This document shows, piece by piece, positions 39,870 to 53,500 of a DNA stretch of 64,000 nt. A program made the translations under genes and the position numbers. This stretch comes from Chiloscyllium plagiosum (Eukaryota), in assembly GCF_004010195.1 (NCBI RefSeq), contig NC_057713.1, positions 55,407,345 through 55,471,344 of the forward strand, in the 5' to 3' direction. The stretch's first letter is position 1; each line of letters starts with the position of its first letter. Under the pieces are notes generated by a model. It did no database searches. It was not told the origin of the DNA and saw nothing but the letters and a program-made list of their open reading frames with translations.

Positions 39870-40300
39870 AAATTAGAAACAGTAGGAGACCACTCTGCCT
39901 CTCAAGCCTGCTCTGCCATTCAGTAAGGTCATGGCTGCTCTGATTATTCCATATTCCTGTCCAGCTGATCATCCCTTGCTTATCAATAATCTCTGCCTTA
40001 AAATATTCAAAGACTCTGCTTGCACCATTTTGTGGAACAGAGTTCCAAAGACTCATGGCTGGTGAGGAAAAAATGTAATTCTTATCCCTATGTTATGTTT
40101 AAACAGTGAATTCTAGTTATAGATTTTTCTACAAGAAGAAGAATGATTTCTATGTGCAACCTGTTAAGGCCCCTCAGAATTCTATATTTCAATCAAGTTA
40201 CCACTTATTCTAGACTGTAGCAGATGCAAGCCTGTTCAACTCTTCATGAGACGTCTTACCCATTACAGATATTGGTCTGGCAAACCCTCTCTGACATCCT
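39870..40300 (-). mobile_element. CR1 3' end
   Basis: Minus-strand translation SLWNSVPQ, plus the cctgctctgccattcagtaaggtcatggctg tail. Confidence 0.75.
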
Positions 40301-41034
40301 GAAAAACCTTGACAAAGTGCATGTGGAAAGCATGCTAATGAAATTGAGTCGAAGATTAGTTAGGATCTCTTCAAATGATAGAACAGATTTGAGCAGCTGA
40401 ATTATCTATGCCTGTTTTATGAGCAGAATCTTTTGAGTTAGGCAGATGTCTGATGTGCTGCCTGCAAAAGATCCGAGACACCTTTATTGACTCTTAGAAG
40501 GCTACCATATATAGTGACCACCAAGTGCTTGAGTCAACAGTGGCAGGCCTTCCTCCCAGCTGAAGACCTTGTGAGAAAATGTCATGTCTGACTCATCTGC
40601 TGGTTGCTCAAGCCAACATCTCCAGAACTTGGCAGTGCCATGAGGAGCCTGTGGGCTCTCAGGTGGAGGAACAACTTGGGCCAAAGGTAGGCATTGCTTT
40701 AGGGTAGTCACACAAAATAGGTTCATAGTTAGAGGGGCACCATAGAAATCAGAGATCACCCTGTTGCCACATCTTAGTGCACATTCAAGGGCATGGACAT
40801 TTGTAGTGCAGATTGAGAGCTGCACTGTTTATCCTGGCTGGAGTCGAGATCATTCTGGGGACCTGACAACCTAAAAGTGTGATAGGAACACTGGAACCTT
40901 GAGTCTGTTCCACTGTTCAATCAGATCATACTTGATCTCTGATACAACTCCGTATACCTACCTTTGGACCATATCCCTTAATACCTTTGTTAACAAAAAC
41001 ATATCTGTCTCAGATTTATAATTAACTAACTATC

Positions 41035-41360
41035 TACTATCACTAGACTATTAATCCAGAGATCAAGGTAATGTTCTGTGCACTCAGTTTTGGATCCCAC
41101 CATCAACAGCACAGATTTCATGTCCATTGTAGAATTTGAATTTTTAAAAAGTTAGGTCTAATGATGGCTGATTGTCAAGAAAAAATACCATCTGGTTCAC
41201 TAATGTCCTTTTAGTGAAGGAAAGTGCCATCCTTATCTGATCTGGCCAACATGTGACGCTAGACCTACACTAAAGTGTTTGTCTCTCATCCACCCTCTGG
41301 ACGATTCACCAAGAGTAATGAATGCTGGCCTAGCCAGCGATGCCCTCAAATGGATAAAAA
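41035..41360 (+). mobile_element. tRNA-derived SINE (second family), near full length
   Basis: cactagactattaatccagag head; central ccatctggttcactaatgtcctt...gaaggaaagtgccatcctta..tctggcc..atgtgac; tail aatgctggcctagccagcgatgcc shared with the 1300-2900 LINE. Confidence 0.8.
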
Positions 41361-41375
41361 AATTACAACCCAATT

Positions 41376-41593
41376 TGTAGTTATTGCAATGAGGTCAGCC
41401 AGGTGGATCTAATCAGTCCAGATTAACATCCTCAATCAGGAAACCCTGGCTGATAGATAAAAATAAGAATGTCAGATATCCTGTTCACTCTGAGAACTGG
41501 TTCTGAGAAAGCTGAATCATTGTAAAGGACTTTCCATGCACAAATAAAAAGGTGACTTGGTGACAGGATACAGGCCCCCTTGGAGTGATTTCA
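41376..41593 (+). mobile_element. Short solo LTR with perfect 5-bp TSD CAATT
   Basis: CAATT|TGTAG...AATAAA...ATTTCA|CAATT: TG...CA termini and an internal polyA signal. Confidence 0.8.
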
Positions 41594-42644
41594 CAATTAA
41601 TGATCATTAGTTGACCACTTAAGGGACTTGAGTGAAGACTGGAGAGGAAGATAGGTCATTGACGTTCCTGCCCAGAAATTACTTGAGACAGAGGTGGCAA
41701 GGCTTTGGATGTCTGTCCTGAAAATAACCCATTTAATTTTCCAGGCTTCTTGCTTCTTTCTTTGTCTCCTCGGGCCTGGAAGATTCTGCTCTACATTCCT
41801 ATTGCAAATAAAAAAAAGTTTAGCAAATGGTAGAATCTCATTCCATATTTATTTTGACAGATATGAGGAGGGAAAATTTATCTTGCTGAAAGATAAAGAG
41901 TGATTTACATTCATGCTTCTGTCATTTCTTTAAATATTTCATACATTGACTTCATGTGAAGTAGAATATCTGCAATGGTAAAGTTAATTTATTAAAAGCT
42001 GTTGATGTAGTAAAACTAATGACTAAGTTTTTAATTGTTACGTAGACAAATTCTGCAGCTAGTTCACACAGATGAGGATCCCTCAAACACCAATCAGATG
42101 AACAGCTACTTAATGGCTTTTAATTTCCTTCATTGTCTCATGCAGCAATTATGCTGAGGTCGAAGAAATCAAATTATGCTAAAGTTTCCTCAGAAATCTC
42201 ATTGGTACAATTTAAAAATGGTAAAAATTAGACAGAGAGGAGTGTAAGCAATTGTTTCTCAAGGGAAAGTGCAGAATATAGGTGCCTTTCATTGTTTAAG
42301 TTCCTAGTTTATCTTACTAATGTGATGAACAATAAAGTTTGAAACTATCACAATCACTTATGCACATTTTAAGCATTGCATATCTAAGAAAATGCAATAG
42401 TGTAATATTTTCTCTTTTTAATGTTACAGATTCTGAAGTTAAACATTCTGAATAAAAACATTCAAAAGGTATACAACATGCAGTGCAGGTCTGAGCATGG
42501 ATAAATTAGAAAAAAAACACCAGCAAATGTGACTACAAGTCCTGCTGTATGTATACCTTTGGGAGAAATTTATGCTCATTCAGAACAACTACAGAAAAAC
42601 CTGCGTTCTCTGGATATTTGAACAGGATTATCCATGTCCATGAG

Positions 42645-42876
42645 TTACTTTACACAGAGGGTGGTGGGTGTCTGGAATGCGTTGCCAGCAGATGTGATAG
42701 AGGCAGGCATGGTAGATTAATTTAAGATGCATCTGGACAGATGCATGAGTAGGCGAGGTGCAGAGGGATACAGATGCTTAGGAATTGGGCGACAGGCTTA
42801 GACAGTCGATTTGGATTGGCTCAGGTTTGGAGGGTCGAGGGGCCTGTTCCTGGGCTGTAAATTTTCTTTGTTCTTT
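42645..42876 (+). mobile_element. CR1 3' end
   Basis: tttacacagagggtggtgggtgtctggaatgcgttgccagcag (FTQRVVGVWNALPA)...ggcctgttcctgggctgtaaattttctttgttct. Confidence 0.85.
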
Positions 42877-43245
42877 CCTTGTAACTGGGACTTTGGCACA
42901 TATAACTAAGGAGTGATACAAATGATCATTGAAAAACTAGCATATCAGTAAAATGCAAATGTCCAAGATACAGCTTTCAAATATAGTTGCTTCATGCTGT
43001 ATTTATAACAAATCTTTTCAGGAAATTTCTGACCAGTGTGTTACTTTTCGATGTTGGAATCCCACAAAGTGAAGAAATCAAACTTCTTCAAAGTAACTTT
43101 GCCTTCATTTAAGGAATTCCTAATGCAGATTTTACTGTGTATTCCCTCTCCCATCCCACACGGCAACTAGACTTTCTGTTTTGATTAGTAGAATGGGACA
43201 GGCTGACTCTCTAACAATCAATGGATCCCGGCATGGTTGTTCTAG

Positions 43246-43943
43246 TATTATTAGAACTTGTATCACCTTTGTTCACTGCAGAGGATCTAACTTCAAAAAA
43301 TACTTCTATCAAAACCTGTTCTACTTTACTACTGTTTGGAATAACCAAACAAGACAAAACAGAAATAAATTTCTCTCTCACCTTACTACAAGTCCACAGG
43401 TTACATTTAACCCAGAATTGGCACCAGAGTTTTGAAGCAGAAATATTTTTGGTTTAGCATTTTCTGCCACATATTTTTGAATTGCAGACTGAATGAAAGT
43501 ATAACTGGTGGCTATTTTTATCTCTGCCATATAGAAATCCCAGTTCAAATATTGGCAATTCAGTTATATATTTATAAGGATTGAAGAGTACATGTTTAAA
43601 AGTATTGTGATATTGGCTTTTTACATGCTGGTAGCTGGGCAGTTCTCCTCTCAACTGTTTGATTTTCCCCAGACTAATATTACCAAAGCATCAGATTGTG
43701 TCATTGGCTTTTAAGATTGTCGGTATAATCAATTCAAACTTGATTGGAATTTGGTATTTTTCAGGGTATAATTTAAACTGATTGGCCTAATTTGAATCTG
43801 TTTTGTTGTTTCCAGGCAACCAGCTAATTTAGCTTTCGATCAATTGTTACATTGTTACCTTACTGAGAACACTTGGTGCTGTCTAGTAGCCCTGCCAGAT
43901 TTTAAATCTATTAAAGGGACAGTACACCCACATCTTCATAACA
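43246..43943 (-). mobile_element. Possible solo LTR just upstream of the KCNK9 acceptor
   Basis: The minus strand starts TGTTATGAAGATGTGGGTGTACTG and ends ...taata (decayed taaCA). Flanks are CTAG and CTGG. Confidence 0.4.
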
Positions 43944-44385
43944 CTGGATTGCTTCAACTTACAATAATTCTATGCTTTCTTTTGCCATTGACATTCAAAA
44001 TTGATGAACTTATTTAGAAATTATAAATAAAAGCAAAACAAAATTCTAGATAACTGCAATGGGTTTGGCAGCATCTGAGAGAAACAATGTGACTCTGCTT
44101 CTGATATTTTAATGAACAATTTTTGTTATTTCCTGCTTTAATGAAAGGTATATCTGAGCATTACCCAATCCCTTGTTTCTCTGCGATGATTGTGTGTACA
44201 TTTTAACTATTTTTAAAAGCAAACAAGTTACAAGGTAGATAGCAAAGTATCTGTTTTAGATGCCAAAGGGCAATGCGAAATAATAATGTTAAATATTTTC
44301 AAATATAAAACTCAGTCAGAAAGGGAGGATACTTATTATCCAGGGTATTTTTGATAAATACTTGAAGATTCTGGCAGCAATTTGA

Positions 44386-45255
<870 letters not shown>

Positions 45256-46600
45256 AATATTTTTTGATTTGTTTTTGAGCGTGCTGGAGAAGATGAGGAA
45301 AATACAGTCATCTTTCTCTGGGACTCAGAAACCAAGCATGAAGCATGGTTAATAAAAGCTCTACATCAGCGACAATATGCCTTACTGACGGCAAATGGAA
45401 TTTTAGGAACAAGCAAAATGCTGGGCATCCATTGGAACTACTTAAGCAAGAGGACTGGTATTATTGGCAGTATTCTGCTTGGAAGTGATTGTAAATTGTT
45501 AGAATGAGGAAGTGTTATTGGTGAAAGTGGGGATGTGTGTGGCATACAATGCATCAGGTATTAATTTTGTATAATCATTTAACAGAGTTTCAAATCTGAC
45601 AAACAGAAGAACCCAAATCCTATTGCCAAAACAGCATGCGCATTAGTAAATGAAGCAGTTGGTATACTGGATGTGCCATTGTACTTTCAACAGCTGGCTC
45701 TTTATTACTGGATTGTAAAATGCTGAAAGATAATTTTAGCATGCCAGTTTAACTGCATGCGCTTTGTACAACTGGTATGCATTATAACTTACCTGAGAAC
45801 ATAAATTAATTAGCAACAAAATTAATAAAACGATTCATATTTATTGATTTATGAATAGTATTTATGCTTTTGCAGCAATTCTGGCCATTTGTTCTTTCTT
45901 GGCTTCTGTGGTTATTTTGACAGAGGGAAGAAGAGTTAAAAATGAATGGCTAGGTTGCATTTCATAACTTAAGTGCAGTTATAATTGGCATGACATGGAA
46001 TTAGTTTGTGAATGCCTGGATAAGGACAATAAGTCTAGAAAATCAGCAACAAAAAAGATTTTCCTCTTCAGAAGATCTAACAGTTTAAGTGATTTTAACT
46101 GTTATTTCCAAAACCATTTTTTTTTTTGCTGTTCTATGACATAATTCAAGTGATAGGAAGCTGTAACAAAATGTTTACAACTCAAGGAAGCTTTTATGCT
46201 CATGTACAAAATGTAATTAATGGGGTTGCTTCTTTTTTGTAATGATTGCACTAACATGTATATATTTTACATTGTCTTTACAATTACTGCAGTGTTGTAA
46301 AATAATGCACTTTTCTATATTTTTCATTAAAATATGGCACGTTTCAAAATGTACATTGTTGCTTTTATAACGAATGTACATGGTTAGGGGAAAATCATGT
46401 AAATTTGTATCACAGAAGCTAACTTCAGTGGTCGTATTTTGTACAGAAGTACAGACATCTATAGAGATTTATGAATACATAATATATTCAAATTTGAATG
46501 AAAATGTACAGAGAAGATTTGACGAATGAATTTACGTATAAAGAGATGTTATAAATGCCAAATATTTTGCATGCAATAAAAATTACATTTTTGACAACTC
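45256..46600 (+). promoter_or_regulatory. Probable KCNK9 3' UTR with polyadenylation signal AATAAA at 46575-46580
   Basis: AU-rich sequence without recognisable repeats after the stop codon, with a dense cluster of TGTA motifs (46200-46510) upstream of AATAAA. Alternative AATAAA signals lie at 45351 and about 45824. Confidence 0.5.
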
Positions 46601-47959
46601 TTATGTGCAAAGTGACATTCACAACATTTTCCAAATCAGACTTATAGTTAATTAAAAAAATTACTTACTATGCTGGACAAATACACATGTTGGTAACAAT
46701 AACCTGTTCCCATGCCGAACCCACCCTTCTATGCAATATAGTAGCAGCATTGGTGTCACCAAATGAAACCAGTCTAGAGAGATGAATATTTAAAATTATT
46801 AATGCGTTACATAATGTTTTTGTTTAATTGTTTAACAATGGGTGACTAGTGACAGCTGGTTTTAGAGAAAATCTGCATTTTCTTCTCAACCTGAGTGCAA
46901 TAACATAATACAATCAATATGGGCCTCACAGTGAAGTCAAAGTGAATCTCTGTTAGCTTCATTTACACAAAGGATTGATTGCAATTAAATTTCTAAGCTT
47001 ATTGTAACATACATAGATTGTCGTACACTTATAGTTCATGATAATGGCCTAAAGATATCAAGTCACATTTCTTAATCTAATCAGCCACCATATACTACAT
47101 CAAAGATTTCTTTCATAAAAGATTTAAAATTATGAACTTCAGATGGTACTATACACCTTTCTATTATTTACTGCTGTCTGTGCTTCAATAACTTAACCCT
47201 ATATTATTCCTTTGATGGCCCAATGTATAGCTGAGCCCTATTGGACAAGAAGCTTCAAATCATTCTGAAAGATTATGAAATATTATCCACAAATCTATCT
47301 CTCATCTCTATCACTCATTTCCTTCGCTAGTACCTGGTCAAATGAGTTTAAAGAAACCACATCCTTCTATTTCATAACTTCCCTATCCTGTATGTAAAAT
47401 AATTTCATTTAAAAATGTATCTTCATCTTTCCCATTTTGAGCTAAACATTTTTGGCATTTGTGATGTTAGTGGTTGAATATCTGACTGTCTAATACTTCT
47501 GTCTGCTATTTTAATGGAGGCATTAAACAGTTAAAATGAATTTGTTAACACCCCTGTTAAAATTTCCTGATAGTGAACACAATCATCACTAGTCAATGAA
47601 GATGGAATGGTCAATGCGAGGATGCTCAGTCCAAGGACGGTTGTCAGTATTGTGAAGATACAGAACAGAGAGAGTTGGACTGACATATACTGAAGTATGA
47701 TTTTTATGAAGGTATATTGCCCTGAATTGCTACAGGTTCTTACTCAACTACCATAACTTCATTGGAGAGATATTCAGTGAAGGTAGGTTTATGCCAAGTT
47801 ACAATCGAGGACACAACAGTGACAAAGTCTGCAGAAAGTCAGGGCCATATTACATATTGTGTTCATTTTAAAATCTTGCATTCCATTTGTATTTTCAAAT
47901 TATGCTTTGATTGATATTTAAGTAACAAACCTAGGCAGTTTGAGATGTAGAGCTAGTGT

Positions 47960-48270
47960 TTTTCATTTGTTCATGGGAGATGGGTATCTTTGACTATGTC
48001 CACCCTAATTGCCCAGGCAGCAGTTGAGAGTCAATGGAGTCACATACAGGTCAGACCAGGTAGGTGCAGCAATTTCCTCTATTAAAGGACATCAGTGAAC
48101 TCCAGATGGTTTTTTTTCTTGACAATTGACAATGATCATTATTAGGCTTTAATTCCTGATTTTTATTGAATTCAAATTCCACCAATTTGGCATGGTGGGA
48201 TTCAAACCCAGAACATTACCCGGGTCTCTAGACTACAAGTTAGTGATAATACCACTGGGCCATTGCCACG
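47960..48270 (-). mobile_element. tRNA-derived SINE (second family)
   Basis: The reverse complement begins ggcaatggcccagtggtattatcact and has the same central block and tail as 41035-41360. Confidence 0.8.
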
Positions 48271-48774
48271 AGAAAGGTGATAAGGAACTGCCTTCTTAAA
48301 CCACTGAGGTTCTTGGGGTCGAGGAACATTCACAATAACATTAGATAGGGAATTCCAGGATTTTCACCCAGTAACAGTGAAAGAATGCTGCCTTGTCCTT
48401 CTAATGATGGAAGTTGCTGGTTTGGAAGGAGTCTTGGTCAGTTACTGTTGTGCATCTTGTGTTTGATACACTGCTGCCACTGTGCACTATTGCTTGACTA
48501 GTTTGTGAGGCAGCTCTCCCAATTTTACACTGGAGGCCAGAACTAGTTGAGGAGTAAAACTTGATGGGGATGTTGATCAAGCAAGAGGAAGGTTGAAATG
48601 TTGTATAGTCCTGGAGAGAGGATGATTGAAATTTTCTGGAGAAGAGATCAGGAGTGGGTTTAGGTGGTGGGTGGATGGGAAGGAGACCAGTGTGACTGTG
48701 TCATTAACAATGCCCTGTGCTATCTACCTCAGATTAGAGGGAAAGCAATCATTGCATTATCTTGGAACAGTGTA

Positions 48775-50520
48775 CTCTCATAGAATTACATAGTAGAGAA
48801 AGGGCCCTTCATCCCTTTGAGTTTGCATGAATAAAAGAAATTATTCTAAGACTACTCTAAACTACTACACTAGTTCCCCTTTCCAGCACTTGGCCCATAA
48901 CCTTGAATGTTATGACACTTCAAGTGCTCATTCAAGTACTTTTTATAGGTTGTGAGGATTCCTGCCTCAACTACCATCCCAGGCAATTGTCCCATATGCC
49001 TTCATAATAACCATAATAATGTGCCCTACAGCCTTCAGGGATCTGTGGAACAAACACACAAGATTGCTCAGTTCCTCTGAGCTTCTAAGTGTCTTGCCAT
49101 TCAATGAGTACTCCCTTGTCTTGCCACTTCATCTAAAGTGCATCAGCTCACACTTATCAGGGTTAATTCCATTTTACACTGATCTGACCACCTGACCAAT
49201 ATGTTCTTCTATAACCTAATACTTTCTTCTTCACTGTCAACCACCTAGCCAATCTTCGTGTCATCCACAAATTTACTGACTGTCCCTTGCTTTGTTTCTT
49301 CTATAGTATTTATATATCTTGAACAATAAGTGACCCAACACTGATCCCTGTGGCATGTGACTGGAAACTGGCCTTGAGTCACAAACATCCTTCTACTACC
49401 AGCCTCTGACTCCTAAGCTAATTTTAGATCCAACTTCCCAAGTTACTCTGGATCCCATTTACCTTCTTTATCAATCTCCCATGTGGGACCTTGGATTAGA
49501 AGGCCTATAAACTTAATCAACAGCACAAACCTCATTGATATCTCTGATGACCTCTTTGAAAAATTCAACCAAATTTGTTTGGCATGACCTCTCTCTAACA
49601 AAACCATGCTGACTATCTCTGATCAAACCTTGCCTTTCCAAATGCAGATTAATTAACTCCATAATAATTATCTCTAATAGTTTCCCTCCCACTGATGTGA
49701 TATTGATTAGTGTGTAATTCCCTGGTTTAGCTCAGCCACACTTTGAGAAGTGGAACAACACTAGCTGTATTTTAGTCCTCAGGGTACTACCCCTATGACC
49801 AGAGAAGAATTTAAAAATTGGGTCAGAGCTCCTGCAATTTTCTCTCTCTGTTCCCACAGCAGACTGGAAAACAACTTATGTGGAACTGGAGATTTTTAAG
49901 CTTGCCAAAGCTCCAATACGTCCTCACTCCCTATGTCCATCTGCTCAAGAAAATCGCAATCTCTCTTCTTGAATTCTGTATGAATACCTTCCTTCTCCAA
50001 AGTAAAGACAGACATGAAGTACTTGTTTAACATCCAACCAGTGTCCTCTGGCTCCATGCGTAGATTATTCCCTTGGTCCCTAACAAATCCTACTATTTCC
50101 TTGGTTATCCTCTTTCCCTTAATATACTTACAAAATATCCTGGAATTCTCCTTTACCTTGCCCACCAGTGTTTATTCATGCCCCATCTTTGCTGACCTAT
50201 TGCTTTCTTAAGTTTTTGCCTGCACTTTCTGTACTCCAGTAGAGCCTCTGTTGATTTTCTCCCCTTGTACCTGTTAAAACCTGTTATCCAATATTCATGG
50301 GTATTGAGATTTTTTGGGGCTTGTTGTTCCAACATTTCACCCTGAAGAAAAATGATGGAACTGTACTGTCATCAATTCCATTTGGAATACCATCGCTGCC
50401 CACTGTCCTGATGTGATTTATCCAGAAGTAGCTTGCTTGTCCAAATCCTGATTTATTTTAATAAAATCTGCCTTCCCCAAATCCAAAATCCTGTTTTGCA
50501 GCTCACCTTTATCCTAGAGT
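48775..50520 (-). mobile_element. CR1 LINE with internal deletions
   Basis: KVKENSRIFCKYIKGKRITKE...LNKYFMSVFT; PQGSVLG at about 49340; tail tcatagaattacatag. Confidence 0.85.
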
Positions 50521-53500
50521 CTCTACAGTTATTTAAGGAAAACATTCTTACTATTATTGATTATAGTGACCTTCTTGATGCAACTGACAAATTAACTTCT
50601 ATTTATAAAATTTGGGGGATATATTTTATGCCTGATATTTTCCAATAGAAAATGTAAAAATTAAAGGTGTTTGGGGCACTGTACTTTTGTCCTGTAAGTT
50701 TTACTGTCTTGTCCAGATGGCACAGTCTGACAGGAAATTTGGGATACAGACCTCCCCAGTGCAGTACAATTGACCACAAGTCTATAGTTTCTGTTGAGTA
50801 TTCATCAATGCTCTGTACAAATTCAGTGTCATATTCTGGTATTTGTGATTTATTCCTCTGGATTTCTATAAAAAATTATACTTGTGCAGTAGCAGTAAAT
50901 CAGCAATGTGCTAATGTTTCATCCAGTGCATCCAGATTCACACTCCTGTAGATTGCTACTGTTAAATTTATATTCTTTCTGCTAGATGTGTACGTTCAAT
51001 GTGATAACCACTGAGTTGACAGCACAATGTCAATGTAATGCATTCCAGTTCAAAAATCACATTTTACATATGCCTGCTTTAGTGCAAATATTTAGTTATA
51101 GAAATACCCTTAAAATCACAGCCTTTGCAACAAACTCTCAATCTTCAAAAGGTCTGTGTTTAGTGGAAAATGAATATAATTGCATTGCTTGTGCAGAAAC
51201 ATGAGTTGATGAAAAAAATCACTGTTTTGCCCTAGTCAGCCTTCATTATAATTTAAGTGACAACTGCATCGAAATAGATGATGTTTGTTACTTTACCGCT
51301 GGGATTTCCCGTGGTTTTAGGGCCATAATGTTAAAACCAAAAGTGGCTTCCAAGCTCACAGTTGCCAGCAACAAGTCTGGCTCAGCAACCCCATCGTGGG
51401 AGGCAGTTTATTAATTAGGGGCCTCTGAGTTCACTGTCTTATTAAGAAAAGCAGCAGGGTTGTCAATTCTGCAAACTTAATCAAAGGTCCAACATAACAT
51501 CTCTGACGCCCTGACAGTACTACTATCTAAAACTAGGTGGGTTCCACTGGCAGGCACCAGCAGCTAGACATTGGTGAGGCTGCAAAATCAACCTCAACTG
51601 GGAGCTCAATCATCTGAATTGGCTGTCTGCCTCCATGTCATGGGCAGATTCTCTTCTTCTCAACCCACACCTGCAGAATCTCCTCAGTGGCAAAATTGTA
51701 TTGGAGAACCACAGCAATGTGGCTCCTTGTTATTTTCTCAGTTCTGTTAACTCCAGCTGTGTCTTCACAGTACTGGGAATATCTATCGAAACCAAAAGAT
51801 TTTGACCCAGAATTGTAGGAAAAACTGAGGATGTGGGCATCTGGGAGGTAGGATAAAATGGCTGAAGGAGCTGCACAAAATGACTTCTGCATTGTTAAAT
51901 TGCAGTGAACCAGACAGAAACAAAAACCGCAGACTGATGTAGATCTGATTAATTGCAGAAGTAACGTTTTAACCCTAACTACAAGGCAGGACGAATATAA
52001 TTCTGAGAACAGGTTGTTTACAAGAAATCATGATAGGCTAACGCAAAAGTGTACGCAAACTTCGGAGAATTTGATTGATTGTTACTATGCGATCATGCTT
52101 CATGCCTGACTATGAACAACGTATATAAACCCTATGCAAACTCTGTAAGTTGTTTGATTGTTTTGGTGATCTAGAAGTACTCATACATCTGGGCAGATCA
52201 GAGCCTACCGACCCGACCATATCAAAGAATAAACAATTGCTTGTGTGATTGACAAAGAGTCGTTTACAGGTGTGTTTATTGACTGATTGTGGAACCAAGA
52301 GATCCCTGGGGGTTCAGATCTTCAAAACTACCCACTTACTTGTCCATACTATTTACAACTAGGCTTTCCATGCTGGCTGCCTCTCAATGCCTGTGGACAT
52401 TGATGCAGCAATCGGAAAGTGAAGGCTCCCCCTTCAATACAGAGGAGCTGGGAACAGCCCTAAAGATAGCAGCAGATTTAAACTGTAAGATGAGTTTAAT
52501 GAAACTTCCATACCATTTTAAAGTGCTAAAAGCCATTGTAGTAATTACATTCTCTTTTGTTTAAACATTTTATATTATTGTTCAATATTCCTGTTCATTA
52601 AATAAGAATGCCACTATGTTTAAATGTAACTATTTTTTTCTTATTCAATATTCAATGCTATTTCACAGTTCTTGGTGAGTAAGGAAAGTAGATGGCATCA
52701 AGAGAGGGTGACACCTAAGAAGGCAGGCATCTGGGTAGGGAAATCATGGGTAAGATGGTACATTGCTAGAGTGGTAGGGTAATAGATGGGTAAGGTGGCA
52801 GGTTGCAAGGGTGATAAATGGATAATATGGTATGTTGGCAATTAAGTAGGATGTTATATGATAGGCTGGTAGGTTACAGGTGGGTGATGGTGAGTTGAGT
52901 ATAGATAAAGTAGAATTGGGTGATCAGGTCAGGGACATCATCAGGCAAGTCAAATTGTTGGGGGCAGGGGGATATTGGGAGGAGCATTGAGAAAGATCTG
53001 GGTAAGGTGGCAACTTGACAGTCAGGTATCTTGGTGGAATAATGGTAGGGAGGATAGCAGGTGTCAAGGAGAAATGGGGATTTTTGTTTTGGTGGAGGAA
53101 GGAAGAGTCTGGGGTAGAGCTAGGGAAATTATGTTACGTTGAAATAGGGTGAGGTCAGGTCAGGAGCTGCTGGGCAAGATTGGAGATGATGTCAGGGTGG
53201 GGTGACATTGAGTCAGAGTGGTGTCAGGGATATCAGTGTGAGTCAGGGGCTCAATGGCTAACAATTTGATTAAGTGAGTCAGTCCGTCTGAAATTTTGGA
53301 GTCAACATTAAAGATATTTTCAGTGGGTCCTGTTGTTGAATAATTGCTCATCAGAAGTTTTAATTTCTTAAGTAATTATTGTATAGTTAGGTATCGTGGA
53401 ATATTAGTGTGGTCAGATGTGCATCTCCTGTCCACAACAGCTATCTTCCTATCAGAAGCGCAGGGCCTCTATGTTATAAATTATAGGTCAACAAAACCAA

